Source of the DNA: Eledone cirrhosa
Taxonomy: Eukaryota
DNA: 64,000 nt
Direction of reading: 5' to 3'
Assembly: GCA_964016885.1 (NCBI GenBank)
Contig: OZ024747.1
Coordinates: 23,498,001 to 23,562,000 of the forward strand
In this document: piece by piece, positions 35,857 to 50,021 of the stretch
How positions within the stretch are numbered: position 1 is the stretch's first letter
Layout of the letters: each line of letters starts with the position of its first letter
The notes under the pieces: generated by a model
Seen by the model: the letters and a program-made list of their open reading frames with translations, nothing else
What the model was told of the DNA's origin: nothing
Database searches by the model: none
Translations under genes and position numbers: made by a program

Positions 35857-37208
35857 AAGAAATTATAGAGTTGATCACGTAAAGTCATGTGTATGTCTGT
35901 ATTATCGACTAGAGCTTGACATAACTTTCTCTTTTTCTTTTTTCAGAAAGTGCATATGCGTGTGTATGTATTTATAAATAGGGTAATTTTTTGAAGATTT
36001 ATCTCAGATTTTGGTACATTGACTTTGATAAATCTGGTACATTGACTTTGATAAATCTGGTACATTGACTTTGATAAATCTAATCTAAATGAAAATGTTT
36101 CAGATTTAGATAAAGTTTTCAAATCTAAAAAAAATCCACCCCCCAACAAACTATTAATGGATTTTGAAAACGATATAATTTCTATCATCCAAGGAATCAA
36201 ATTCAAGAGAAACTTCAAACGCCAGGACTATCTAAGAAGCATTAAGGATAATATTGAAGGCTTGGAGAGAACAGAGAAGATCTTGGTGAAATCGGACAAA
36301 ACCAACAACCTTTATGGAGTGCAAAAGAACATGTATAATGGCCTTATATTGAAAGAACTAAGGAAAAAGTACAAGGTAGCAAGTAAGGACGAACTGGAAA
36401 AAATGAATGCTGAGGCATCTTGTATAATGCATGAATTAGACATTGAGAACAAAACACAACCCTTCATGCCTAGGAAACCCAAGATCAATATGAAAGATCA
36501 CAAAAGAAATTTTGAAAATGATATGAGGAGATATTCTTTATATTAAAATCCAAAAATTCCCTTAATCTAAGGAGCAATTTATTCAGTTGCTGCAGACATA
36601 GATTGAACTCAACGTTTAAATATAAATATAAATTTAAAATGTAGTATAATTAATTAAGAAATTTAATTAATGTATGAAACCTGACGATAAATCTTTCGAT
36701 TCCTTTAACTTTTTCTTTTAAACCTTCTTCATAAATATAAACAAATGATGTAATTAAACTACTCTAAAATGTAGATGCTCCCAATGTATTAAATAAATTT
36801 TACGCAAGATAAATTTCTATACTAAATATAAGAGCATCCGTAGAACCACAGGGTCTTCTAAATCCTTTAAATAATTTTTGTTAAATAATTTTTGGTTTTT
36901 TATTTGCTTTTTGATTCTGATTGCCTCTAAAGAACTTTGCAATATATTGTCTGAAAATATTGGAAAGATAGATTTCTGTGGTAAATATATGAAGCATACT
37001 GTTTTTGTGGCCTGTGATGCCCTAGGGTGTGTTGAAAATATTTTTAACGTTTTGATATTTCTGTGCTGATATACTGATATCTGGTTATCTCTATACAAAG
37101 GCCATATGTATTAACATGCATATGAAAGATTACAGAGTATATTTTATCTGTTCATGTGCCTGTATGTGTGCATAGAGATGCTGAAATACTCACGCAGATA
37201 TCTTATAT

Positions 37209-37251
<43 letters not shown>

Positions 37252-37559
37252 GGTATAGTTCTGTATATGTTACAGATATGCATAATATTATATACATGAA
37301 TGATAATCATATGTGTGAGGGCTTGAATATTATTCGTTTATTTTTATGTATATATATATAGTGAAATTTTTATAACACAAGGAAATTTTTTTAAGAAATT
37401 ATAGCGTTGATCACGTAAAGTCATGTGTATGTCTGTATTATCGACTAGAGCTTGACATAACTTTCTCTTTTTCTTTTTTCAGAAAGTGCATATGCGTGTG
37501 TATGTATTTATAAATAGGGTAATTTTTTGAAGACTTATCTCAGATTTTGGTACATTGAC
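35857..37559 (+). mobile_element. Internally deleted Penelope-like element 3 between ~165 bp direct repeats
   Basis: 36157-36546 encodes DFENDI...VKSDKTNNLY...MKDHKRNF (homologous to PLE1 N-terminus), then jumps to ILKSKNSLNLRSNLFSCCRH (GIY-YIG end); 35857-36023 repeats at 37393-37559. Confidence 0.7.
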
Positions 37560-38639
37560 CTCAGAGTTTTAAACTAAACATATGGTCATTATTGAGCAAA
37601 ATTATTTTCACACATTATATATCTGTCTCATTCATGAATATTGATATTTACATTATATTACCCAGTTCATATGAATTGATAATTCAAATTGATAGGACAT
37701 GACGTAAAGATGTAACTCTATCATCCCTCTCTCTAGATATAGCTCTTTCTTCTCCTCTCTCTTTATATATGATGAAGTTTATGTATCTGTCGTTTTGACT
37801 TTGCCTCCCATGTTTCTCTCTTATTTCTCTCTTGGTTTTCACCTCCCCATATATAATTATTATTATTTTCTCTCCCTCTTTTTTTCCTCCCACTTCTCTC
37901 TCTCTCTCTCTATTTTCTCGTCATCTCCATTTTTTTCTTTCTCTCCGTCTCTTCTCTAACTGTGCATAACACTATAACTAAATAATTACCGTACTCCCTC
38001 TCCCTTAAATCTCTCTATTTGTATGGTGAATTATTATTATTCATCTGTTGACTTCGGTTGCCTCTCTTTTTTCACCTCCTCCTTCTTTCTCTCTCCCCTA
38101 TTTCTCTCTGTTTTTCTTTACATACATTTCTTCTTTCTCTCCGTCTTTCTTTCTAACTGTGCTTAACACTATAACTAAATAATTATAAACACCTCACTAC
38201 CAAGCCAGCTTCCTACCTTAATGGTGGCTTATATTTAGAGTACGTCAAAATTATTTATAAAACAGTTTATATATTGTATTTTATCTGACGAAGGCATGCC
38301 ATATTTTTAATATGGTATCCCTGAAATATGTATAATGAAATAAATATGGTTTTATAAATATAGTTTCCATTTGTTTACTATCGTATATACATACATATAT
38401 ATATATACATACATATATATATATACATATATATATACATACATATATATATATATATACATACATATATATATATATACATACATATATATATATACAT
38501 ACAAATATATATATACATACATATATATATATATACATACATACATATATATATATATACATACATATATATATATACATACATATATATATATATACAT
38601 ACATATATATATATATACATACATATATATATATACATA

Positions 38640-39693
38640 CACTGTGTTGGGCCCACTTCTCTTCATCATCTATATTAATGACATCACTGACATCATCAAA
38701 CACAGCAACATTAAAATTTTCGCTGATGATTCCAAGCTCCAAAAGGTCATCAATGGCGTGGATGACCGGATAGGCCTTCAGTCAGACCTACTGGCTGTTA
38801 CCCAATGGGCAGAAAAGAACAACATGTTACTGAACGAAGACAAATTCGAACTGATCCACTTTGGAAAAGAGGATGCTCTGAAACTCCCGTACTCCCTTCC
38901 CTCCGGGGAAACTCTCATGGCATCTAACAACATCAGAGACTTGGGAGTAACCGTGGACAGCAACATAAGCTGGACCACGCATATAAGCAGCAAAGTTGAC
39001 ATGGCCCGCAGAATGTGTTCCTGGATCCTCAGAACCTTCCAGTCGAGAGATTCCCGCACCATTATCCTTCTCTTCTCTACTTTCGCCCGACCACACCTTG
39101 AATACTGTTGTCCACTGTGGTCTCCCCACACGAAACAAAGTATCATGAAACTTGAAGCTCCTCAAAGGGCAATCACGAAAAAGATAGATGGCATGTCAGA
39201 CCTTGACTACTGGGGTCGATTGGAAAACCTGAAACTTTACTCACTCCAACGTCGCCGTGAGCGTTATATTATCTGCATGATGTGGAAAATGTTCCATCAT
39301 CACTGCCCAAATGATGTTGGCATCGCCTTCAAGATACACCCAAGGCTTGGGCCCCGTGCTATCCGTCCCATTCAAAAATCTAAATCGCAACTCATAACAA
39401 CAATACGGCACAATTATTTCACCTCAATCGGCCCTGCTCTCTTCAACATCACACCAGGACACGTCAAAACAGAAACTGACCACACAAAATTCAAGAAGTC
39501 TTTGGACAAATTCCTCCAAGTAATCCCGGACAAACCACCCACACCCGGATATGTCTCCGCAAACAGTAATTCTCTTCTCGAATGGGCCATGGTGCCCAAA
39601 TCCTGAATTGAAAGACTTTGCCAGGTGGTGCTATTAAGTTAGACATGGCCTGGGCCAATACTGGCCAAAACATTTCAAAGTTATTCAAAGTTA
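38640..39693 (+). mobile_element. 5'-truncated CR1-group LINE, second family (RT C-half, open frame to 39606)
   Basis: [43 protein letters not shown]; tail (TTCAAAGTTA)2; flanked by microsatellite. Confidence 0.9.
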
Positions 39694-39865
39694 TATGTAC
39701 ATATGTATGTATGTATATATATATATATATGTATGTATATATATATGTATATATATATGTATATATATATGTATGTATATATATATGTATATATATATAT
39801 ATGTATGTATATATATATGTATATATATATATGTATATATATATGTATATATATATGTATGTATG

Positions 39866-39899
<34 letters not shown>

Positions 39900-39905
39900 T
39901 GTATG

Positions 39906-39962
<57 letters not shown>

Positions 39963-40045
39963 GTATGTATGTATATATGTATGTATGTATGTATATATAT
40001 ATGTATGTATATATATATGTATGTATATATATATATATATGTATG

Positions 40046-40077
<32 letters not shown>

Positions 40078-40436
40078 TATGTATGTATATATATATATGT
40101 ATGTATATATATATATATATGTATGTATATATATATGTATGTATATATATATATATATATATGTATGTATATATATATATATATATGTATGTATATATAT
40201 ATGTATGTATATATATATATATATATATGTATGTATATATATATATATATGTATGTATATATATATGTATGTATATATATATGTATATATATATATGTAT
40301 GTATATATATATATGTATGTATATATATATATGTATGTATATATATATATGTATGTATATATATATATGTATGTATATATATATATGTATGTATATATAT
40401 ATATATGTATGTATATATATATATATGTATGTATAT

Positions 40437-40470
<34 letters not shown>

Positions 40471-40522
40471 GTAGGTATGTATGTATGTATGTATATATAT
40501 ATGTATGTATATATGTATGTAT
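39694..40522. repeat. (TA)n(TATG)m microsatellite
   Basis: Direct reading. Confidence 0.95.
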
Positions 40523-41874
40523 ATTTTCTCTTTCTCTTAATTTTGAGTATATTTTTTGACCGGCCACCTTCCTGGTGGCAAGGTTGTAAAAGAAAAGAAA
40601 TTGTCATCCCTTGAATCGCAAGAATGTTTTGCAAATTTTGAAGGTGCCAGCTATCGCAGCCATTTGTAGACTATGAATTAGGGAGCTGCGCTTTTTGTCC
40701 GCAAATCCAAGTTCAGTCATACTTTGGTCCAAGCGGGTTGGTATATAACCCGTAGCACCAATAATGATGGGTATGAAGCTAAAGGTGTATCTTGGATACT
40801 GGATTTGTAAACTCCTCATCAATGGTCCATAGATGTCCTCCTTCTCCTGTATTTTTCTGACAACGTTTACATCAAGTGGGCAGCTGATCTCCACAACAGA
40901 ACACGTTTTCAATGTGTGGTCCCAAACTACAATATCAGGCCGGTTGTGCTTTAATTTGGTGGCAGTTTTTATTTTCAGGTTCCACCAGTATTCCTTAGTG
41001 CCATCTGTCTCAATATATTCTTCCTCGTTTGTTGTTAATTTTGTTTTCCGAAGTGCGTTCCAGATGGTTCTAGCTATCCCATCGTGTCTCATGGGGAGGT
41101 AGTAGCGAGATGACATTCTTTCGCAGCTGGCAACAATGTGGCTTACATCCTCGATCTTTGTTTTACATAGCCTACATTTATTGTCAGCTGCTGGCCCTCC
41201 TCTTTTGTGCAGCAGATATTTGGTAGGGAGTTCTTGTTCCTGTATTGCATAGAGATATCCCTCAAGGTGTGATGTCATAAACTTGTCGGAACTCCATGCC
41301 AGGCTTTTTGAGTGGTTTATCCCCTCTATGGTCTGTGTTTTACGCCTCAAGTATCCATGCACAACTTTTTCTGTAAATTGGTCAATTTTTTTTTCTTGTT
41401 TGAACATTGAATAGGATCTTCCGATTTCTCTGGGTGAGAGATTTATATCGGCTTTATTCCATATCTCTCCTCCAGATCAGTCGCTATTCTAATGATATTT
41501 CTTTTTTCATGGTCATAAACCTGGGCAAGATGGTTGCCAACCTTTTTCCTCTGTTGAAGGTGTTGCTTCAGTGTCACTATCCGGGTCTCATATGTTGTTA
41601 ATATTGATTTTAGACCCCGGCCACCTTCCTTGCGTGAGAAGTATAGCCTATCCACATCACCATTGATGTTAAAGTTCCCAGTAACACTGAGAAGTTTTCG
41701 AGTTCTAACATCCATCTCACTTAGTTCTTGCAATGACCAGTTCAGTAGGCCAAATGTTGGCGTTAGAATTGGCACAGCATAAGTATTGTGGGCAATGTAT
41801 TTGTTGTATGCTGACAGTTCTGATGACCATATTTTCTTTACTCTTCTGAGGTATTCAGTTCTGGTTCTCTCCTT
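40523..41874 (-). mobile_element. 5'-truncated R4/Dong-type LINE (CCHC + restriction-like endonuclease), copy 1
   Basis: [23 protein letters not shown]-x8-H-x4-C, RHD, NRPDIVV, VEISCP, PIIIGATG; one frameshift near 41450. Confidence 0.85.
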
Positions 41875-41945
41875 ATATATGTATGTATATATGTATGTAT
41901 GTATGTATATATATATGTATGTATATATATATGTATGTATATATA

Positions 41946-42163
41946 GGAGGTGAGTTTTATTGTAGTACAATAAAGCAATGCAGATATCGGATAAGAAGCA
42001 CTCTACAATTTGTGGGACTGGAGTATGCATAATATAAGATCAAAAGATGGTTAAAGGAGTTCCATATATTTTATTATGCGCATTTCATGATGATGTTTGT
42101 TTTTGAAATGCGCATAATAAAATATATGGAACTCCTTTAACCATCTTTTGATCTTATATTATG
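41946..42163. repeat. 60 bp-arm palindrome with one-sided tail; probable PLE pLTR relic
   Basis: 42028-42087 is the perfect reverse complement of 42104-42163; contains GAAATGCGCATA (hammerhead-type GAAA + palindromic stem III + AUA). Confidence 0.6.
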
Positions 42164-42427
42164 TATGTATATATATATGTATGTATATATATATGTATAT
42201 GTATGTATATATGGAGCAGCGGCTGTTAGGGCAAGACGTGTTTTCTTGGGCTCTGTTAGAGTCAGCAGCAACACACAACCACGTGTTGCTACACACACAC
42301 AAGAGGAAAGAGAAAATTTAAAATTTATGAGACCGATAGAGATATGTACATTTATATATTTATATCTAGATATTGCTATTATCATTTACAGTCCCTCTGT
42401 GTTTAATGTATGTTCATTAGTATATGT

Positions 42428-42736
42428 GTTGTTGTTTCTGCTTGCATTTTGCATATATACATATATATATCTATATATATGCTTGCGTGGACCCCTCTCA
42501 AAAATTCGTTGGATTTTCTAATTGGATACCCCAACACTGGATACCAACACTGAATACACCTGAACTTCTACCAGGAAATCTTTCGTTGTTATTTCTGCTT
42601 GCATTTTACATATATAGATATATATATCAATGGTTGCGTGGACCCCTCTTAAAGATTCGTTGGATTTTCTAATTGGATACCCCGAAACTGGATACCAATC
42701 ACTGAATACACCTGAACTTCTACCAGGAAATCTTTC
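42428..42736. repeat. ~150 bp tandem duplication
   Basis: TTTCTGCTTGCATTTT...GCGTGGACCCCTCT...CACCTGAACTTCTACCAGGAAATCTTTC twice. Confidence 0.85.
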
Positions 42737-43066
42737 ATATCAGTGAACATTTTCTTTTCTTTGCTTCATATATATATATTATATATACTTGTCCGCCATT
42801 GCAAAAGGCCATCAATTCAAAATTTTGAAGAGAGAGGAAAAGAGAGAAGTGATCTATGAACTTGTAACATCTCACTGACCCCCCCCCCCCCCCCGTCACC
42901 ACAATAACAATAACGCCTACACTCGCTCCCCACCATCACCACATTACTCTAAGGTCGCTGTCCTGTCCCCTGTTGACTTACTGCTGACTCTCTTTAGATG
43001 TATGTATGTGTATATACATATGTGTATGTGTGTGTATGTGTATATCTCTGTGGATGCGACCAGATT

Positions 43067-43410
43067 TCAACACAGCAACAACAACAACACCAACACCAAC
43101 AACAACAACAACAACAGCAACAACACCATCGTCTGTGTTGAATGTGTGTGTATGTATTTGTATATATGCGATAGCAATAACAGCATCAACACCATTGTCT
43201 GCAGCAACAGCAGCAGTGAAATGAAGGACAACAACAACAGCAACAACGACAACAACTACAATAACAACTACAGCACCAACAACTGCCACCACCATCACTG
43301 ACCATCCACCACCACCACGCTGATACCACCCACCACCACCACACTGACACCATCCACCACCGCCATTACCAGCGTAAAGCAAACAATTATTATTGTTATT
43401 GTTATTATAT
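43067..43410. repeat. (CAA)n/(CAG)n/(CCA)n low-complexity repeats
   Basis: Direct reading. Confidence 0.85.
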
Positions 43411-43619
43411 ACAAGCCGAACTGGACTGGGAAAGGTCAACAGTTGACATGATAGTGATTTTGACGATTTTGATTTTGATTTTGATTTTGTATCAGTACTG
43501 TCGGTAATATATGTATATATATATATGTGAGTGGTGTGTGTGATTGTATGCATGAATGAGTGTTGGTATGTGTGGTTGTGGTTTGTATGCATGAGTATTG
43601 GTGTGTGAGTCGTGTCAAT

Positions 43620-43650
<31 letters not shown>

Positions 43651-43652
<2 letters not shown>

Positions 43653-46600
43653 GACCATGCTGTAAAATGGAGGGGTAGAGAGGGCCCTTGAGTCTAGTAA
43701 GACATCCTCTCTAGTGCTGGTGGCACAAATAAAAGCACCCAGTCCATGCTGTAAAGTGGCGCTGGTGTTAGGAAGGGCATCCAACCAGTGTATCAATGCC
43801 AAAAAGCTTATCAGCACAGCAACAAAACAGCATAGAAAAATATGAAGACGTCGCATCTCAGAGTTGCAACACTTAATGTTGGCACTCTCAGAGGTAGATC
43901 TGCTGAAATAGCGGAGATGCTGGAGAGAAGGCAGGTGGATGTGTGCTGCGTGCAAGAGGTGAGATGGAGAGGTGCCTCTGCGAGACTAATCGTAGGCAAG
44001 CGTCTTAGCTATAAGCTATTCTGGGTAGGTAAGGATGATGGGTTAGGGGGAGTAGGCATTTTCCTGGCTGAGAAATGGATCAATAAGACAATAGAGGTAG
44101 TTCGAGTTAGTAATCGAATAATTAAGCTTAGATTAGTTGTAGGTAGGAGACTACTGACAATCATCTCGGTCTATGCTCCCCAAGCAGGCCTAGGCAAAGA
44201 TGAGAAAGACTGCTTTTATGAGCAACTTTTGCAAACAACCACAATGACAGAGGATGGAGACATCGTTATGCTAGCAGGAGACTTCAATGGTCATGTTGGA
44301 CAGCTCCAGGATGGTTACACTGGGGTACATGGTGGGCACGGTTACGGTTCAAGAAATGAAGGAGTGAGACTTTTTGAATTTTGTGATGCAAGTACATTGA
44401 CTATTTGCAACACAAACTTCCAGAAACCTGCCAATCACCTAATAACCTACAAATCTGGTGAGCACATAAGACAGATTGACTTCCTGCTAGTTAGGCAGCG
44501 GGACAGGCAGATAGTGTCTAATACCAAGGCATACCCTGGGGAAGAATGTACCCCACAGCATAGGTTAGTTGTTAGTGATATCTCAGTAAGCAAGAGATGG
44601 AATGAGACATATAGGAAGGTGTGGAGAAGAAAGGTCTGGAAGCTAAAAGACCTTTCACTAAAATTCAAATTTAGGAAGGCCCTTCAAGATGTATATGACG
44701 AAAAAGAAGACGATTTAGAGACGTATGACATAGATAATAACTGGAAGTTCTTACGTGACAACTTGCTGCAGGCTACTGATGAAACCTGTGGCTGGAGCAG
44801 AGCTCCAACCAGACAGAGAGTGACCTGGTGGTGGAACAGCACAGTAGATAAGGCTATTAGAGACAAAAGACTAGCATGGAAGGCTTGGGAAAAGGGTGGG
44901 AGTAGGGAAGAATATACAGCCACTAAGAGAGAAGCTAGACGTCAGGTGTACTTAGCACGCAGGGAGGCAGAGAGTAGGAGGTTTGCCAATGTTCTGCGAC
45001 GGGAAGATCAGAGGCGTGCGGTGTTCCACATTGCAAGGCAGTGTGTCAATGCAAATCAGGATGTTGTTGGTGATAAATGTGTCCGGGATGATGCCGGTGT
45101 ACTTAGTGTCACGAATGACCAGAAAAAGGAGGCCTGGAAATGTCATTATGAGAGACTGATGAATGTGGAGAACGAATGGGAGAGAGAGAAATTACCCTTG
45201 GTAGATCCGACAGAGGGACCAGCTATTGAGATTGACGAATATAGGGTCCAAGAGGCGATTAGGGAAATGAAAAATGGTAAGGCGGCCGGACCATCGGGAA
45301 TAGTTGCTGAGATGCTGAAGGCATCAGGGGACGTAGGCACTAAACTGGTTGCACGCATCATCAATCAGGCTATATATGGTGGTGTCATACCCAAAGACTG
45401 GTGCAGCAGTATTCTCATAAATTGCTACAAAGGTAAAGGGGATGCTTTGGAGAGGAGCAATTATAGGGGTATAAAACTGATAGATCAGGTTATGAAAGTG
45501 GCAGAAAGGATTTTAGCACAACTAATTAGAGAAAGGGTCAAACTAGATGAGATGCAGTTTGGTTTTGTGCCTGGGAAGAGTACAACAGATGCCCTCTTCT
45601 TGGTGAGACAAATGCAAGAGAGGTTCTTAGAGAAGAATAAGCCACTATACTTAGCCTTTGTTGACCTAGAGAAGGCCTTTGATAGGGTACCCCGATCTGT
45701 CATCTGGTGGTCCCTAAGGAAGCTGGGTGTTGAGGAATGGCTTGTGAGGACAGTGCAAACTTTGTACAGAGGTACTCTCAGTAAAGTCAGGGTAGGAATG
45801 GAGTTTAGTGAGGAATTCCAGATACAAGTAGGAGTACATCAGGGTTCGGTCCTCAGCCCGCTCTTGTTCATTATAGTCCTCCAAGCCATAACAGAGGAGT
45901 TTAAGACTGGCTGTCCATGGGAACTTCTCTATGCTGACGATCTGGCTCTTATGGCAGAATCAGTAGAGGAGCTAGAGAATAAATTCCGGCTATGGAAACA
46001 GCAGTTGGAAGCAAGAGGACTGAGAGTAAATCTAGCTAAGACAAAAGTGTTGATGAGTAGAAAAGAGGACAAAACCCTGATTCCGTCAGGGAAATGGCCA
46101 TGTTCGATATGCAGAAAAGGAACTGGCATAAATTCTATAAAATGCACACAATGCAGGTCCTGGGTACACAAGAGATGTAGCGGGATAGCAGGCAAACTAA
46201 CAGGTAGGGAGAAATATGTATGCAGTAGATGTACAGGGAAATTAGACAGTAGAAGTCGCACTGATAGACACATTTTTCAAATGCGAGAGGGCGCTATAGA
46301 AGTGGTGGATAGCTTCCGGTACCTAGGAGATCAGATTAGCATGGGAGGAGGGTGTTCCGAGGCCATAGTATCTAGAATAAGGACGGGTTGGAAGAAGTTT
46401 AGGGAGCTGCTTCCTCTGTTGACGAAGAAGGGTTTCTCCCTGCGTACGAAAGGCCGGTTGTATGATGCCTGTGTGAGGAGCGCGATGCTGCATGGTAGTG
46501 AGACATGGGCAGCAACCGCAGAGGATATGCGACGGCTGGAGAGAAATGAGGCAAGCATGCTCCGTTGGATGTGCAGTGTAAATGTGCGTGAACGACCCAG

Positions 46601-46925
46601 CATAAATGTGTTGAGAGAGAAACTATGTCTGAGAGGGATAGAATGTAGTGTACGGGAGAGGAGACTGAGGTGGTATGGACATGTGATGCGCATGGAGGAT
46701 GACCGATGGGTGAAGAAGTGCCAGGAAATGCCAGTTGAAGGAAGACGTGGTAGAGGTAGACCACGAAAAACATGGGCGGAGGTGGTGAGAACAGACCTCA
46801 GATCATTGAAGCTCACGGTGGAGATGACGAGGGACCGTGACGAGTGGAGAGATGCTGTGCTGAATAAGACCCGTCCCACCCTTGCAAGCAGGGAAAAGCG
46901 GACGTAAAATGATGATGATGATGAT
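43651..46925 (+). mobile_element. Essentially full-length RTE-clade LINE
   Basis: ~190 bp 5' UTR, single intact ORF, stop immediately followed by a (TGA)n tail. Confidence 0.92.
43842..46907 (+). CDS. RTE ORF: APE endonuclease + reverse transcriptase + PHD finger (1021 aa, intact)
   Basis: [62 protein letters not shown]4HC3 at 46101-46232, GRGRPRKTW. Confidence 0.95.
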   Translation: MKTSHLRVATLNVGTLRGRSAEIAEMLERRQVDVCCVQEVRWRGASARLIVGKRLSYKLFWVGKDDGLGGVGIFLAEKWINKTIEVVRVSNRIIKLRLVVGRRLLTIISVYAPQAGLGKDEKDCFYEQLLQTTTMTEDGDIVMLAGDFNGHVGQLQDGYTGVHGGHGYGSRNEGVRLFEFCDASTLTICNTNFQKPANHLITYKSGEHIRQIDFLLVRQRDRQIVSNTKAYPGEECTPQHRLVVSDISVSKRWNETYRKVWRRKVWKLKDLSLKFKFRKALQDVYDEKEDDLETYDIDNNWKFLRDNLLQATDETCGWSRAPTRQRVTWWWNSTVDKAIRDKRLAWKAWEKGGSREEYTATKREARRQVYLARREAESRRFANVLRREDQRRAVFHIARQCVNANQDVVGDKCVRDDAGVLSVTNDQKKEAWKCHYERLMNVENEWEREKLPLVDPTEGPAIEIDEYRVQEAIREMKNGKAAGPSGIVAEMLKASGDVGTKLVARIINQAIYGGVIPKDWCSSILINCYKGKGDALERSNYRGIKLIDQVMKVAERILAQLIRERVKLDEMQFGFVPGKSTTDALFLVRQMQERFLEKNKPLYLAFVDLEKAFDRVPRSVIWWSLRKLGVEEWLVRTVQTLYRGTLSKVRVGMEFSEEFQIQVGVHQGSVLSPLLFIIVLQAITEEFKTGCPWELLYADDLALMAESVEELENKFRLWKQQLEARGLRVNLAKTKVLMSRKEDKTLIPSGKWPCSICRKGTGINSIKCTQCRSWVHKRCSGIAGKLTGREKYVCSRCTGKLDSRSRTDRHIFQMREGAIEVVDSFRYLGDQISMGGGCSEAIVSRIRTGWKKFRELLPLLTKKGFSLRTKGRLYDACVRSAMLHGSETWAATAEDMRRLERNEASMLRWMCSVNVRERPSINVLREKLCLRGIECSVRERRLRWYGHVMRMEDDRWVKKCQEMPVEGRRGRGRPRKTWAEVVRTDLRSLKLTVEMTRDRDEWRDAVLNKTRPTLASREKRT

Positions 46926-47056
46926 ATGTATGTATATATGTATGCATGTATATATGTATGTATGTATGTGTATATATATATGTATGTATATATGTATATA
47001 TGTATATGTATGTATGTATGTATATGTATGTATATATATATGAGTATGTATGTATG

Positions 47057-47087
<31 letters not shown>

Positions 47088-47243
47088 ATATGTATGTATA
47101 TATGTATGTATGTATATATGTATGTATGTATATATATATGTATGTGTATGTATATATATGTGTATGTATATGTATATGTATGTGTATGTATATATATATG
47201 TATGTGTATGTATATATATATATGTATATATATATATGTACAT

Positions 47244-47275
<32 letters not shown>

Positions 47276-47426
47276 GTATGTATATATATGTATATATATA
47301 TATAAGGGAGAGAATTGGGAGTGTGTAACACTCCACTTATCAAATAGGCAGTATATGGTTAGCTCAATGTCAGAGGACAGAGCCGTAATACAATTAACAA
47401 CAAAGAGCGCTTAGAACATAGGTATA

Positions 47427-47486
47427 TCTTTAATTGCCAACAGTGTTTCGTCCACACTAGAAGTGGGACTCTTCAGAGCATAAAGA
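47427..47486 (-). ncRNA. Type I hammerhead ribozyme
   Basis: Reverse complement of 54683-54742. Confidence 0.8.
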
Positions 47487-49021
47487 GTAAATACATAGTA
47501 TACAAGCATTGACAAAGCCAAAACAGAAGAATATATGTGGGGATACCATAAGTTGGGAGGAGTTTAAAGAGTAAAGTAAAAGGAGTAAAATAAGAAAAGA
47601 GTAAAATAAAAATAAAAATGAAAAATAAGAAATGTTATCACTCACAGTTGGGCAGGGTTCCGTTAACATACAGCTACATACAAGTATACGCATAAGCATG
47701 AGCACCCGCATGCACCTACACACAAGCACCCGTATGCAACACATACAGTATACACTAATACAAATAACATATCATAGACGGATGGGCACAAGTTAAGAGA
47801 TAGAGATAGATAAAAAATAGATAAGAGGTAGATAAAAAATAGATTTAAAAAAAGATAAAAAATAGATAAAAAATAGATAAGAAATAGATAAAAGGTAAAA
47901 AATAAAATAAAATAAAATAAAATAAAATAAAATAAAGTAAAGTAAAATATACACCAGAAGATAAATAAAACAATACACAAAAAAAAAAATGGAGTAAAAT
48001 ATACACCATAAAGGAAGGTGTGGGTAAAGATAAGACTGGCAAATGCATAAGCTATCAAGCTATGTTCAACAAGTGATATACGTACAACATATAAAATACA
48101 CAAAAATATATACAAAAATATATATAAAAAATATATATAAAAGAGACGTATATATAAGGATATATATATATATATACACATATCAGTCCAAGTAATGCAT
48201 ATTTATAAAAATGTAACTGGGGGTAAAAAGATGTAATAAGGGTAATCAAGATGGTAATTATTAGGGCATGTAATAATAATATTATTATAGAAATCCTAAG
48301 GTGACACTAGTGTTGACTCATGGTGATATATGGAATATATCAGGAGCACACGAACGCCTTAGGTGTTGCAGTTAGCCGCAGTTCAACAATAGAGTGTTCG
48401 AATGATATTTTTTATGAACAGATGCTATGTCCGCACTAGATTGAGTGGACCATTACAATGCAATGGAAACATCCCAGGTTGGACAGTCCCAAAAGTTCAC
48501 ACTCCAAAGTTCAATCCACAGGTGTGCATTCATAGAGTTGAGCGGTTGGGCAATCCCCAAAAAGTTCACACTCCAAAGTTCAATACACAGATGTGCATTC
48601 ATAGAGTTGAGCACTCAGGCAAGAATTAATTGGTTAACAAGGTGTATCCGTATCACAAGCAGGAGCATATGCTGGGAAGGTTGCAGGCAAATTCATATAC
48701 AGCAGCACGAACATCAAGAGGCAAATAACTGAGGCGCGTATTAGTGAGCAGAAGCAGGCAAGTGCAGGTGGTAAAACACAGTCAGGTGAAGCAGGTTATT
48801 ATGCATACCATTTAATATAAGAAAACTCAACAACGTGCATAACAAATAGCTTCCAAAGCCGATAACCACAAAATCACAACATTGAGCAACAATCCGGCAT
48901 CGCAAGAATGTACGCAACATTAGGGTTAGTCCAGAGACAGTATATGTATACTTATACATACACACATACACACAAACATGTATATACAGAGACAGTATAC
49001 GTACACATATATACAGAGACA

Positions 49022-49078
<57 letters not shown>

Positions 49079-49101
49079 CACGTATATACACATAAATATA
49101 T

Positions 49102-49138
<37 letters not shown>

Positions 49139-50021
49139 GCACCGGACACCCAAATCTACGCGGATATATTACACAAAAAATATCATACCCAGCTAACAAA
49201 AGTCAAAAACCCATAACAGTTGCTCTCACTGGTCGCAGATAATGTAGTTTCACAGTAAATTAGCCAGAGTAATCACGATTAATATTCAAAATAAAACCTT
49301 ATGAGGAGATGCGTATTCACACGTGTAGTCACCAGATTCAAGTATAAACAAACCGTTAATAAATACGGAAGGCTATCGGGGCCAAGACGTTATTCTTGGG
49401 AGAATAACACAGAGCGTCAATCTATGGAAGGCCAGCTATGCCAAAAATACAACACCGGGCAAAAACACCCCAAAGTCAGCATGTAGACTGTGAACCGCAG
49501 AATAGGAGGGTAACACATACATGTACTCCATATCTACTGCCCACGGCGAGATGGCACAGGTCAGCTCGCAGTGACTGGCTAAATCTCCGTCCCATATGGG
49601 CACAGGCCCATTGGTTCACTCCGAGTCAACAAGGTAATTTAAATAAACTAAAATAAGATAAAATGCGAGGGACAGGTTAAATATAATCAATTGTGCATCT
49701 TATAACGCAGTACACACTCTACATAGATGTATTACATCACAACTCATGAGCATACAAAGGTACAAATCCATACAATACACGTTGGGATAGACCCACCAAT
49801 GCACAAACACACACACGGTGGCTGGGCAAGTATGGAAGGGTCACATCCACTGTACCGAACAAGGGTGCTTATTAACATATACACCAACTCACGTATACAC
49901 CTCGATATCCAAATTCCATATTCACATGCAGGCATACATATACACACAGACACATATACAAACAAGACAAACAATAGGAGACAATTACACTAGATTACCC
50001 AACTGGAGAATTCTGAAAGTG

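Noticed and set aside
36012-36081. 23 bp x3 repeat as a CRISPR-like array
   Set aside because: Head-to-tail with no spacers; eukaryotic context
36817-37098. Possible host exon (93 aa ORF with TTTTCAG acceptor, minus strand)
   Set aside because: No recognisable homology, no convincing donor site, AT-rich
42978-43955. 325 aa minus-strand ORF
   Set aside because: Composed of trinucleotide repeats, a poly-T run and antisense RTE 5' end
44447-46879. Antisense ORFs over the RTE, CR1 and PLE coding regions
   Set aside because: Shadow frames of real retroelement ORFs
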